Shown: positions 29,313 to 38,992 of the stretch, one piece after another
Layout: each line of letters starts with the position of its first letter
Numbering within the stretch: the first letter of the stretch is position 1
NCBI GenBank assembly: GCA_036229005.1
Contig: JAZAMN010000040.1
Coordinates: 1-64,000, forward strand
Reading direction: 5' to 3'
DNA: 64,000 nucleotides
DNA from: Myxococcota bacterium
GTDB lineage: Bacteria; Myxococcota_A; UBA796; CAJQPC01
Made by a program: the position numbers and the translations under genes
The notes under the pieces: generated by a model
Database searches by the model: none
Told to the model about the DNA's origin: nothing
What the model saw: only the letters and a program-made list of their open reading frames with translations

Positions 29313-30890
29313 TTACAACGCCAGCTCCCGGGCGATGCGCTCCGGCACAAAGAAGTGATTCACCGAGATCGCGGGGTTGTGTCCCCCCGCCGGCGTGTAG
29401 GGGTAGATGGTGCGGCTGCGCACGCAGTAGCGCTCGACGCGGCGGTACCCGGCCTGCTCGGCGCACTCGGTCCAGCTCGCGGACAGAGGCATCGCCAGCG
29501 CGCTGGGGGGCACCGGGGTCGCCGGGCGCAGGCCCTGACCGGAGCGCTCGTGCACGTACTTGAAGCCCGCGTGGTAGGTGTTGAAGGCCGTGTGCAGCAG
29601 GTCGTCGACCGCCAGGGCGGACTCCTCGGTGAACAGCAGGATCAACCCGGCTTCCTGATAGGCCTTCATGGCGGCGATCAGCAGGGAGTCGCCGGCGCCG
29701 CGCACCTCGTGGAAGCCGTTGCCGACCACCATCACGGCGCCCTCCAGGTCCAGGTCCGCCAGGGGCGCAAGGAGCTGCTGGGGATTGCCGATGTCCGCCT
29801 GCACGAAGCGCATGTCGGCGGGCAGGTGCCCCTGGGCCTGCTGGGCGCGCGCGGCGTCCAGGCTGGCGTCCTCCAGGTCCGCGCCCACGAACACCAGGCC
29901 CTCGGGGCCGGCTTCCCAGCGCTGGCGGGTGGCCTCTCCGCGGCCCAGGGCGTGCTCGATGTGCACCCCGTAGCGGTGTCCGGTGTCCTGGCAGAAGCGG
30001 TCCAGGGCGGCGCTCATGCGCTCGAAGCTCTTGCGGTTGGCCACCTGGGAGGCCGCTACGTTTGCGCTGCGCTCGACATGGACGCTCCCGCGCCCGCCGT
30101 CCAGGATCTGCGAGAGCTGAGCCATATAGGGGTGGTAGGCCTGGATGATGCCGAAGGGCCCCGGTCCGCGCCGCAGCACGCGCTGGCGCAGGGGGCCGCC
30201 GCTCAGGCCACACTGGGCGAGCAGCGCTTCGGCTTGAGGGGTCAGGGGCTGCTCCTGCAGGCCCTCGGCGTGGACGGCCAGGACCAGGGGGACCAGGCGG
30301 AAGCCGAGCTGGATCTCGTGGGCGGTCGCGAACCACAGCCCGGGCTCGCGGGCCTGGGGCAGCAGCGGACCGTGCTCCGGCGCGGGCCCCTCCCCCCGCA
30401 GGTGGGCGCGCCAGACCGGCACCAGGTCCCCCAGAGCGGGCAGCTCGGGCAGCTCCAACAGGCCCTGGGCGTGGCTGTGCTCGGCCAGCCGGAAGCTGTC
30501 GCCCTGCCGGGTCAGGTAGCCACGGGAGAGCAGGAAGGAGAGGTCGATGGCCAGCTCGCGGTCGGGCTTGACGCAGGCGGTGGCGAGCGCCTGCAGAGTT
30601 CCTCGCTGGCGCAGGGTGTCCAGGACCTGACGGAGCAGCCAGAGGTCAGGAGGTGCAGTGACCGCGGCCGTATTCACCACCTGCCTCACCACCCGGACCG
30701 CCTGCTGCACGGACGCATCCTGCTCCAGGGCGCAGTCGAGGTCCCCAAGGAGCGTGGCGCCATCGGAGAAGAGCAGAGGCACCCAGTCGCGCAGGCGCAC
30801 GAACGCGGGCTCCTGGAGGTAGGGGTAGCCGGCGGTGGAGGTGAAGGTGGGGCTACGCAGGATGGGCCACAGCTCGGTGAGTTCGGGCAT
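29313..30890 (-). CDS. Hypothetical protein with C-terminal class I SAM-dependent methyltransferase-like domain
   Basis: HIEHALGRG, FVGADLE, MRFVQADI, VGNGFHEV pattern. Confidence 0.6.
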   Translation of the reverse strand: MPELTELWPILRSPTFTSTAGYPYLQEPAFVRLRDWVPLLFSDGATLLGDLDCALEQDASVQQAVRVVRQVVNTAAVTAPPDLWLLRQVLDTLRQRGTLQALATACVKPDRELAIDLSFLLSRGYLTRQGDSFRLAEHSHAQGLLELPELPALGDLVPVWRAHLRGEGPAPEHGPLLPQAREPGLWFATAHEIQLGFRLVPLVLAVHAEGLQEQPLTPQAEALLAQCGLSGGPLRQRVLRRGPGPFGIIQAYHPYMAQLSQILDGGRGSVHVERSANVAASQVANRKSFERMSAALDRFCQDTGHRYGVHIEHALGRGEATRQRWEAGPEGLVFVGADLEDASLDAARAQQAQGHLPADMRFVQADIGNPQQLLAPLADLDLEGAVMVVGNGFHEVRGAGDSLLIAAMKAYQEAGLILLFTEESALAVDDLLHTAFNTYHAGFKYVHERSGQGLRPATPVPPSALAMPLSASWTECAEQAGYRRVERYCVRSRTIYPYTPAGGHNPAISVNHFFVPERIARELAL

Positions 30891-31810
30891 CAGCTCAGAT
30901 CTTGGGTGGGAGGGTTCAGCTCGAGAGTCTCGAGATCTGTAGTGTCATCCGCGTCTCCCATCATGTGATCCCGCGCGCCGCCGAGCTCCAAGAGGCGCGG
31001 ATATTCCAGCAGGCGCTTGACCTCGCGGGAGATGAGGGCGCCGTGGTAGCCGTCCACGATGCGGTGATCGAAGGTGGCGTTGAGGGTGAGCACCTTGCGG
31101 ACCACGACGGCCCCGTCCTCGGCGACCGGGGTGTCCTCCGCGGCGCCGACGAGCACGATGATCGGGGTGCGGGCCGGCGGGAAGAAGGGCGCGTAGGCGA
31201 CCTTGACGCCGAACATTCCCAGCGAGGTGACCATGGCCGAGCCGAAGGGGTCGTCCGGGGCGCCCAGCCAGCGGGTCGAGATGCCCAGCTCGTACTGCAG
31301 GAACTGGACGAAGTTCAAGACCTTGCGGAAGATGAACGCCGGGAAGCCCGCCTGCTTCTTGGTGCGCTCGAAGTCGGCGTCCTTGCCCGCCCGCAGCTTG
31401 TCCACGGAGGCCTGCACCTCCTGGGCGATGCCGACGATGTCCTTCTGGTCGGCGCCCCGAACGCAAGTCCCCGACAGGTCCACCTGGCCCTCGCTGCCTC
31501 CCTCCTTGGGGAGCGCGACCTGCAGGAACACGTCCACGTCCTGGCGCAGCCGGATGCCCCGCCAGTTCACGATGGCGTTCATGTCCGGGTGCTTGGCGAT
31601 GGCCAGGGCCACGGCGCGGGCCACCGCGTGGGTGATGGTGATGCGCTCCCCGGTCTCCCGCCGGCGCAGGTCGATCCACTCCAGCAGCCGGTCGGCGCGG
31701 ACCTCCATGGAGCCGTAGATCGTGGGGTCTCGGGGGGCGTCCCAGGCCACCGCGGCGATGCGGCGGAAGGAGCTGGCGTGCTTGAAGGGCTTGAGCTTGA
31801 GGGGCGGCAT
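30890..31810 (-). CDS. Stand-alone 2-oxoacid dehydrogenase E2-like acyltransferase catalytic domain (no lipoyl domain)
   Basis: HPDMNA, MVTSLG, ATFDHRIVDG. Confidence 0.85.
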   Translation of the reverse strand: MPPLKLKPFKHASSFRRIAAVAWDAPRDPTIYGSMEVRADRLLEWIDLRRRETGERITITHAVARAVALAIAKHPDMNAIVNWRGIRLRQDVDVFLQVALPKEGGSEGQVDLSGTCVRGADQKDIVGIAQEVQASVDKLRAGKDADFERTKKQAGFPAFIFRKVLNFVQFLQYELGISTRWLGAPDDPFGSAMVTSLGMFGVKVAYAPFFPPARTPIIVLVGAAEDTPVAEDGAVVVRKVLTLNATFDHRIVDGYHGALISREVKRLLEYPRLLELGGARDHMMGDADDTTDLETLELNPPTQDLS

Positions 31811-31819
31811 GGCGCAACG

Positions 31820-32986
31820 CTACATGAAGTTTCGGGTGTGCAGGGCCGACAGCGCAGCGGCCTGCTCCCGGTCAAAGCCCAGGCGCTGCAGCCGGGCCCG
31901 TCGCCCGCGGTCCATGTCCACGCTGAGCTGCACCACGGCGGCGTGTCCAGCCGCGATCCGCTCCGGCTCCCAGCCCCCGGCGGCGAGCAGGGTCAGGGCG
32001 TCAAAGACCTCGGCGTTCAGGCCGGCGGTGTGCTGGAGGGCGGCGTGGCGCTGGTGCACCGCGGCGGCCAGGCGGGGGCGCAGGTCCGGATCGGCCTCCA
32101 GGTGGGCCTCCAGGTGGGCGAGCCCAAATGCCACATGGCGCGCCTCGTCCTGGGCGCTCAGCCGCACCACGGCGGCGGTGATGGCATCCGGCGCGTGGGT
32201 GTGCAGGAAGCGCAGCAGCTCCAAGAAGCTCCCCTCCCCCAGCACGGACAGCAGGAAGCTGGCCAGGGCGAAATCCGGCTCCTCCAGCAGCGTGCGCAGG
32301 CTGGCCTGTCCCCCCGCGGTCGAGCGGCCCAGGCGCTCCCGCCTCAAGCCCGCCCGACGGGAGAAGACCTCGATGTGCCGGGCCTCATCGGCCACCTGGA
32401 TGGCGAGCACCTGCAGGATCTCCCGAAAGTGCGGGTGCACCTGGGCCAGGAAGCGCGCCGGCACCAGCAGGGCCACCGTCTCGTTCTCGATGAGGTAGGT
32501 CATCACCTGCACCACGGCGTCCTCGACCTCCTCCGGGTGGGAGATGGGTGCGTCCCAGGGGATGGCGGTCTCCGGGTCCCACTGCGCCGCGGCGGCCTGG
32601 GCGTACATGCGCGGGGCCTGGGGGCTCCACACCTGCTGGCGCTGGCTCAGGGCGAAGGGGAGCGGGGGCAAGCCGGCTTCGACCTGCGCACCCCGCGCGG
32701 CCACACCCCACTGGGCCTGTGCGTAGTCCACCACCCCATCCACCCCCGCGGTGCCAGCGAGGTGCGCCTGGGCCCAACGCGACCGCTCCGCGTCCCCCTT
32801 GCGCAGGGTGGCGGGCTCCTGGAAGCCGTGGCCCTGAGCGCGGGCCCAGGCGCGAAGGTGCAGGGAGAGCTCGGGGTCCTCGCCCTGCACCGTGATGACC
32901 TCGCCGATGGGCAGGGCCTGCAGAGCCCGCTTGACCAGGAGGTGGCCCCCTTGGTGCAGTCGGAGGCTCCGCAGGTCCACGATCAT
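31820..32986 (-). CDS. TusA/SirA-like N-terminal domain fused to a ferritin-like diiron domain
   Basis: VDLRSL...LLVKRALQALPIGEVITVQGEDP...AWARAQGH; two DEARH motifs with upstream Glu residues. Confidence 0.75.
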   Translation of the reverse strand: MIVDLRSLRLHQGGHLLVKRALQALPIGEVITVQGEDPELSLHLRAWARAQGHGFQEPATLRKGDAERSRWAQAHLAGTAGVDGVVDYAQAQWGVAARGAQVEAGLPPLPFALSQRQQVWSPQAPRMYAQAAAAQWDPETAIPWDAPISHPEEVEDAVVQVMTYLIENETVALLVPARFLAQVHPHFREILQVLAIQVADEARHIEVFSRRAGLRRERLGRSTAGGQASLRTLLEEPDFALASFLLSVLGEGSFLELLRFLHTHAPDAITAAVVRLSAQDEARHVAFGLAHLEAHLEADPDLRPRLAAAVHQRHAALQHTAGLNAEVFDALTLLAAGGWEPERIAAGHAAVVQLSVDMDRGRRARLQRLGFDREQAAALSALHTRNFM

Positions 32987-33834
32987 CGCGCGATCTCCCC
33001 CTGGATGAACTCCCGCACCTGCTGGGCGCCGGCGTACTCCAAGCCATCCACGGCGGCCTGGAGCTGCTCAAAGCCGCTCAGACGTCCGGGGCGCCACTGC
33101 TTGAGGCCCTCCAGATCCAGCAGGTGCCGCACGCTGGGGTCCGCGTAGTCCTGGGCCAGCAGCAGCTCGGTGAAGCGGGCCAGGGTGGCGGGCTCCACGT
33201 CGTCCAGGGCGGTGAAGATGCAGTGGTCGTAGAGCGCGGTCGAGGCCAGCACCCGGGTCCCGCCCGCGGGCAGGGTCCCCTCTCGCGAGAAGAGCAGGTG
33301 GTTGCCGTCGATCATGCAGGCGGCGTCGATCTCACCGCGCATCAGGGCCTTGGCGGCGTCCCGCTCCCCGCCGATGTGGTCGCCGTGCTTGCCATAGAGC
33401 ACGTCGTGCTCGACGACCTGGGCCTCCACGCCGGCTGCGGCCAGGTGCTGCAGGGGGATCAGGGTGGCCTGGGGGGAGTCCGCGGCGCCCACGCCCACGC
33501 GCTTGCCAGCCAGGTCCTGGAGCGACTGGATGCCGCTGTCGGCCCGGACGACGATGAGGCTGCGCAGGTCCTGGTCGCTGTCGCGCATGCAGAATCCGGA
33601 GACCTGACGGCCCCGCCCGGCGGCGATGGCCTGGGACTGAATCCACGCCAGCGGCGAGTTCCAGGCCACGTCGAAGTGCCCGCGGAAGTGCGCGGAGACC
33701 TGCGCTTCGTAGTTGGAGTAGAGGACAAAGTCGAAGTCCACGCCCTGGGTGGCGAACCAGGCGCGGAAGCCCTCCCAGATGGTGACGACCTTGGGGTCAT
33801 AGGCGACGGCGCCCAGCAGGATCTTGTGGTCCAT
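32983..33834 (-). CDS. PhnD-like substrate-binding-fold protein without signal peptide
   Basis: VLYSNYE, DVAWNSPLAW, RSLIVVRADSGIQSLQDLAGKRVGVGAADS. Confidence 0.8.
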   Translation of the reverse strand: MDHKILLGAVAYDPKVVTIWEGFRAWFATQGVDFDFVLYSNYEAQVSAHFRGHFDVAWNSPLAWIQSQAIAAGRGRQVSGFCMRDSDQDLRSLIVVRADSGIQSLQDLAGKRVGVGAADSPQATLIPLQHLAAAGVEAQVVEHDVLYGKHGDHIGGERDAAKALMRGEIDAACMIDGNHLLFSREGTLPAGGTRVLASTALYDHCIFTALDDVEPATLARFTELLLAQDYADPSVRHLLDLEGLKQWRPGRLSGFEQLQAAVDGLEYAGAQQVREFIQGEIAR

Positions 33835-33844
33835 TGGGGGGCTC

Positions 33845-34960
33845 CTAGAAGAGGGGCATGCCGCAGAGGGCCTTGCCGATGAAGTCGTAGAGGACGTCGG
33901 AGGTGGGGGCCATCACGCCGGCGGCCTGGGCGTCGCGGAAGTTGCGCTCGACGCCGACCTCCTTGCGGAAGGCGGCGCCCCCGCAGATGCGCATGCAGGT
34001 GGCGGTGACCTCCTGGCTGGTCTCGGAGGCGGCGGCCTTGGCCTGGAGCACCCGGAGCATGGCGTCGGCCCGGCCGCTGTCCACGGCCTGCAGGGCGTCC
34101 TCCCACAGCGCGGCGGTGCTGTCGGCCTGGATCTGGGCCTTGGCCAGGTAGGCGCGGATGGTGGGCAGCTCGCAGAGGCGGCTGTCCAGGTGGCCGAAGC
34201 GCACCCCGGCGACGTGCTCGGTGGCGGCCTTGAGGGCGGCGCGGGTGGCCCCGATGCTGGCCGCGGCGTTCATGAGCTGGAAGGCGGGCAGCACGATGCC
34301 CATCATGTGGTCGAAGCCGGCGCCGTCCTCACCGAGCTGGTGGGCAGCGGGGACACGCACGCCCTCCGCCTTGACGGGCACGGAGTCGTTGCCGCGCAGC
34401 CCCAGGCCCTCGAAGCGCTCACCGAGCTGGAGGCCAGCGGACTCGCGGGGGACCAACCACAGGGTGCTGGCGCCCTCGGCCCCCAGGGGCTGCGAGGACC
34501 AGACGTAGGCGGTGGCGTGGTGTGCGCTGGTGACCCAGGACTTGCGGGCGTCCAGGACCACCTGCTCGCCGTCGACCGTGGCGGTGGACAGGGGCGCCCA
34601 GAAGTGGGAGCGCGAGCCGGCCTCGGAGAAGGCCAGCGTGGAGATGTGGCGACCCTCGGCGATGTCGCGGTTGATCTCCGCGGGGCCGAGCTTGGCCAGC
34701 ACCAAGGCCCCTGCGTAGTGCATGCAGGTGACCATGGCGGAGCTGCCACAGACGCGGCCGATGGCCTCGACCACGCGGGCGGCGTCGCTCAGCGTACCCC
34801 CCTGCCCCCCATGCTCGGTGGGGGTGACCAGGCCCAGCAGGCCGGCCTCGCGCAGGGCGTCGAGGGTGTGGGTGGGGAAGGCGCCGGTCGCGTCGACGTG
34901 GCTGGCGTGCGCGGCGATGCCGTCGAGGAGGTCCTCGACGGTGGACGAAAGTGTGGACAC
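33845..34960 (-). CDS. Acyl-CoA dehydrogenase family flavoprotein
   Basis: LAFSEAGS, RKSWVTS, GLGLRGNDS, GGAAFRKEVGVERNFRDA. Confidence 0.9.
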   Translation of the reverse strand: MSTLSSTVEDLLDGIAAHASHVDATGAFPTHTLDALREAGLLGLVTPTEHGGQGGTLSDAARVVEAIGRVCGSSAMVTCMHYAGALVLAKLGPAEINRDIAEGRHISTLAFSEAGSRSHFWAPLSTATVDGEQVVLDARKSWVTSAHHATAYVWSSQPLGAEGASTLWLVPRESAGLQLGERFEGLGLRGNDSVPVKAEGVRVPAAHQLGEDGAGFDHMMGIVLPAFQLMNAAASIGATRAALKAATEHVAGVRFGHLDSRLCELPTIRAYLAKAQIQADSTAALWEDALQAVDSGRADAMLRVLQAKAAASETSQEVTATCMRICGGAAFRKEVGVERNFRDAQAAGVMAPTSDVLYDFIGKALCGMPLF

Positions 34961-35084
34961 AGTGACTCCAGGGGCCAGCCCCGGAGGTGGAGCTAGCCTC
35001 TCAGCGGGGGCCCGAGAACCTCAGGCCGGATTTGCGTTCAAAGGCAGAACAAGGCTCACTCCTGCAAGCTGCGCGCAGTATGCC

Positions 35085-37517
35085 TCAGCGACGCTTGCGC
35101 TGCGGTCGGTCCTGGGCGTCCTGGGCGGTGGGCTGCTCGGGCCAGGCGTGCTTGGGGTAGCGGCCGCGGAGCTGCTTGCGGACCTCGGCGTAGGAGCCCG
35201 TCCAGAAACCTGCCAGGTCGTCGGTGACCTGCTGGGGGCGGTTGTTCGGGGCCAACAGGTGGACGCGCAGGGCGACCCCACCTTTGCAGATCCGCGGCGT
35301 GTCCATGCCAAAGAGCTGCTGGATCCTGGCGGCGAGGACAGGCCGCTCCCCCCGGGCGTAGGTCACCTTGAGGTTCGAGCCGCTGGAGACCCGGATGCGC
35401 TCGGGCGCGTGCTCCCGAAGCGCCTGCTGCTGTTCCCAGGGCAAGGTGGCGAGCAGCTCCTGGGCCCAATCCAGCGCGCGCAGCTCGGCCAACGAGCTCC
35501 GGCCCACGCAGAGGCGGTCCACCATGCCCAGGGGGTCCAGGTCGGGCAGCTCCAGCTCCGGGCAGTGCTCGCGGAGCAGGTCGACACGGGCCAGCAGGGC
35601 CTCGAGCTCGGGGCTGTGGCGCAGGACCTGGGCGGGGTCCTTGCGCACCCGCTCGGCCAGGGCGTGGGCGATCTCACCGGGATCCGCCTTCGCGGGGCGG
35701 CTCTTGAGGACCAGGGCCCCCAGCCGCTCCTGCTCGCTGCACACCAGGCGCTCCCCCTCCCAGCGCAGGGCCCGGTGGGTGCGCGTGGGCAGGGTCTGGG
35801 GGTCCAGCGGCGAGGCGATGCGGATCCAGTGTTCGCTGCGCTCCCCCTTCCGGCCGCCATCGAGGGCCACCGCCAGAACCACGGCGGCCTCCTCCACCAG
35901 CGAGGCGCTGTCCAGCACTGCCCCCTGTCCGCTCGCGAGCAGAAAGCGCGGACTCCCGGGGGCGCGGCGTTGGGCCACCCGGTCGGAGAAGCCGGCGAGC
36001 AGACAGGCGCTGAGCTCCGCCGGGGACGGGACGGTCTTGGGGCTCCCCCCGCCCGGGCCCAGGGTGCGGCTGGCCAGGGACTGGAGCTGCTTGACGACGC
36101 GGTCCAGCTCCGCCTTGGCCTTGCGGTGCCCCGGAAGCCCCCGGGCCATGGCCTGGACCCGGGCGTGCAGGTCGTCCTCCCGCGCGCCGGGGAAGGTGGC
36201 CTGCTCCCAGGGGTCGCGCTCGCTGACCAGGGCGGCGGCCACGCAGGCGGCCCACAGGTGACCTCGCTTGTGGCCTTCAATGATGACGGCGCCCAAGCGG
36301 GGGTGGGTTGGGAGTTGGGCCAGGGTGTGCCCGACATCACTGAGACCACCTCCTCCCCGCAGAGCCCCCAGGGACTCCAAGGTGCTCTGGGCCCGCCCGA
36401 GGACAGACTGGGCCGGGGCCTGGAACCACCCGAAGTCCTGGGGCTGACTCCCCCACTCCAGCACGGCCAGCAGGGCGCTGGAGAGATCCACGCGCTCGAT
36501 CTCGGGGGCCTGGAATGGACGCAGCCCGCGACCGGGCTCCCACAAGCGGATGGCGATGCCAGGGCCGGTACGCCCCGCTCGGCCGGCGCGCTGATCGGCG
36601 GAGGCCTGGGAGATCAGGCCCAACTCCAGGCGGGACAGGCCCAGCGCGGGGTCGAAGTGGGGCACGCGGCTCAGGCCGGTGTCGATGACGCAGCGCACGC
36701 CGGGGAGGGTGACGGAGGTCTCGGCGATGTTGGTGGCGAGCACGACCTTGGGCTGGTCGCTGGGGGCCAGGGCGGCCTCCTGCTGCTCGGGCTTTAGGCC
36801 TCCGTGCAGCGGGAAGATGGGCCAGGGGGCGTCCTGCAGGGCCTCCTGGGCGCGGCGGATCTCGCCCTTTCCGGGGAGGAAGACCAGGGTGTGGCCCTGG
36901 CCGGCGTGGCGGTGGACGGCGCGGGCGACCTGCTGGTCCAGGTAGCCGTGGTCGGGGGCGTAGCGGATGTCCACGGGGAAGGTGCGGCCGGGGGCCTCCA
37001 GGACGGGGGCGTCCCCCAGAAAGCGCGCGACCGGCGCGGGATCGAGGGTGGCCGACATGACGACCAGCTTGAGCTCGGGGCGGGCGTCGGCCTGCAGCTC
37101 GCGCAGCATGGCCAGGCAGAGATCCAGGTCCAGGCTGCGCTCGTGGAACTCGTCCAGCACGACCGCGCCGACGCCCTCCAAGAAGGGGTCCGCCAGCAGG
37201 CGGCGGGTGAGCAGGCCCTCCGTGAGGACCTCCAGGCGGGTGTGGGGCCCCACCTTGCGGTCGAAGCGCACGCTGTAGCCAACCTCGCCGCCCAGGGGAC
37301 TGCCGCGCTCGTGGGCGATGCGGCGGGCGGCCAGTCGGGCGGCCACTCGGCGAGGTTGAAGCAGGAGGATCCGCCCCTCCACGCTCTCCAGGAGGGCGGG
37401 CGCGAGGCGGGTGGTCTTGCCGGATCCCGGAGGGGCGATCACCACCAGCCCGCCGTGCTCTGCGAGCAGTCGCCGGGCCTGGGGGAGCAGGGGGTCGATG
37501 GGGAGGGCTGTGGTCAT
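35085..37517 (-). CDS. hrpB: ATP-dependent helicase HrpB
   Basis: APPGSGKTT, DEFHER, MSAT, ATNIAETS, QRAGRAGR, C-terminal LRGRYPKHAWP. Confidence 0.95.
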   Translation of the reverse strand: MTTALPIDPLLPQARRLLAEHGGLVVIAPPGSGKTTRLAPALLESVEGRILLLQPRRVAARLAARRIAHERGSPLGGEVGYSVRFDRKVGPHTRLEVLTEGLLTRRLLADPFLEGVGAVVLDEFHERSLDLDLCLAMLRELQADARPELKLVVMSATLDPAPVARFLGDAPVLEAPGRTFPVDIRYAPDHGYLDQQVARAVHRHAGQGHTLVFLPGKGEIRRAQEALQDAPWPIFPLHGGLKPEQQEAALAPSDQPKVVLATNIAETSVTLPGVRCVIDTGLSRVPHFDPALGLSRLELGLISQASADQRAGRAGRTGPGIAIRLWEPGRGLRPFQAPEIERVDLSSALLAVLEWGSQPQDFGWFQAPAQSVLGRAQSTLESLGALRGGGGLSDVGHTLAQLPTHPRLGAVIIEGHKRGHLWAACVAAALVSERDPWEQATFPGAREDDLHARVQAMARGLPGHRKAKAELDRVVKQLQSLASRTLGPGGGSPKTVPSPAELSACLLAGFSDRVAQRRAPGSPRFLLASGQGAVLDSASLVEEAAVVLAVALDGGRKGERSEHWIRIASPLDPQTLPTRTHRALRWEGERLVCSEQERLGALVLKSRPAKADPGEIAHALAERVRKDPAQVLRHSPELEALLARVDLLREHCPELELPDLDPLGMVDRLCVGRSSLAELRALDWAQELLATLPWEQQQALREHAPERIRVSSGSNLKVTYARGERPVLAARIQQLFGMDTPRICKGGVALRVHLLAPNNRPQQVTDDLAGFWTGSYAEVRKQLRGRYPKHAWPEQPTAQDAQDRPQRKRR

Positions 37518-37607
37518 GGCTTGACCTGCCGTTGACAGCAGTGCAGGGTGATCGGGCAGCACACTGTTACTTGTGAGTTGACAACAACCACCCGAGGGAG
37601 ATGAGCG

Positions 37608-38360
37608 ATGTCTGTGGGTAGCACCCTGAGCGCCTTGGGGAACGCCGGGCGGGCGTTTGGGGAGTGGAACAAGCGGGTGGGTCGGGCGGCTTTCAGCCCG
37701 GCGGCCTGCACCGCGGCGGCCATGGGGCTCAACCACCACTCAGCACAGCTTGCCATGCTGTCCAAGACCGCCAGCCAGGGGCTCGCCGACGAGGCCGAGA
37801 CCATCAAGCGCCTGGAGGTCAGCGTCCAGGAGGCCCTGGAGGGGCACCGCTCCGGCAAGCTGGACTTCCACTCACCCTACACGGCCGGTCCGGTGCGTGA
37901 TCTGGCACGCAAGGGCGTGCCCTTCAAGGTCCGCCGTCTGGCGATGGACTGGCTGAGCCGCCCCTACGACGTGGCCTGCCCCGATCTGGCCCCGCTGCAC
38001 ATCGAGCTGGAGGCGCTGGCGGTGGACGCCGCGCGCACCCAGGAGACCGCCTCCAGGCTGTTCACCGCGGCGGTGGGCGGCGAGACGGTGGAACTGGAGC
38101 CCCTGAACGTGTGCCGCGCCGAGCTCTCGGAGCTCTCCGAGTCGGCCCTGGAGTTCGTGGAGGCCCACCACAAGGACGTGCTGGCCGCGAGCTGGCGCCG
38201 CGAGTGGCTGGAGTACCTGGAGTACCGCCTGCTTCCCGCGACCACCGACCCCAAGCCGCGGCCCGTCCCGCGCGAGCCCCCCGACGCGATCCGGCGCCTG
38301 AGCCGCAAGCACGTGCCCGAGAACTTGCGCCACGCCCTGCGCGACTGGGCGATTCCTTAG
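37608..38360 (+). CDS. Hypothetical helical protein
   Basis: 250-aa ORF with GGGAG RBS and GC3-rich codons; no recognised motif. Confidence 0.65.
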   Translation: MSVGSTLSALGNAGRAFGEWNKRVGRAAFSPAACTAAAMGLNHHSAQLAMLSKTASQGLADEAETIKRLEVSVQEALEGHRSGKLDFHSPYTAGPVRDLARKGVPFKVRRLAMDWLSRPYDVACPDLAPLHIELEALAVDAARTQETASRLFTAAVGGETVELEPLNVCRAELSELSESALEFVEAHHKDVLAASWRREWLEYLEYRLLPATTDPKPRPVPREPPDAIRRLSRKHVPENLRHALRDWAIP

Positions 38361-38386
38361 GGGTCCGAGGGGAGCCCCCCGGAGAA

Positions 38387-38887
38387 CTATACGGCGGTGA
38401 GCTCTTCCTGGATGATCGCCACGAGCCGGGCGCGCTCGGCGTCCCAGGTCTCCGGCTTGTCGGGCTCGGACTGGGCGCGCTGGATGGCGGACTCGGCGGG
38501 GACGCCGGCCATCTCCAGCAGTCCGGCCAGGGTGCGGACGCGGCGCTCCTCCTCCACCACGGAGGCGGGCAACAGCTCGGCCTCCATGCGGGCCAGGGCG
38601 TCTTCAAGCTTGAGGAGCTCCTCCTCTCCAGTGACGGAGAGCAGGCGGCGCATGCGGCGCTCCAGGTCGGCGCGCTGGCCGTCGGACTCCTGCAGCACCA
38701 GCCGCAGCTCCATGCCCAGCGCGTGCGCGACACGGGCCAGGGTCCCCACGGTGGGGTTGCCGATGGCCTTCTCGAGCTTGTGCACGTTCTGCCGGCTGCA
38801 GCCCGCGCCAGCGCCCACGTCGGCCAGGCTCATGCCCAGCCGCTCACGATGCTGCCGAACCTTGCGGCCAAAGTCCTCGAGATCCAC
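38387..38887 (-). CDS. XRE-family HTH transcriptional regulator
   Basis: FGRKVRQHRERLGMSLADVGAGAGCSRQNVHKLEKAIGNPTVGTLARVAHALG; GAGGAG RBS. Confidence 0.9.
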   Translation of the reverse strand: MDLEDFGRKVRQHRERLGMSLADVGAGAGCSRQNVHKLEKAIGNPTVGTLARVAHALGMELRLVLQESDGQRADLERRMRRLLSVTGEEELLKLEDALARMEAELLPASVVEEERRVRTLAGLLEMAGVPAESAIQRAQSEPDKPETWDAERARLVAIIQEELTAV

Positions 38888-38992
38888 GACGCTCCTCTCT
38901 GTCGCCTGTCCCGTTACTTAGCACGACCCAGGCCGGGGTGACTGTCCCCTGACAGGTGCCACGTCCTCGCTGGCACCCAGAGGGCGAAGGTG

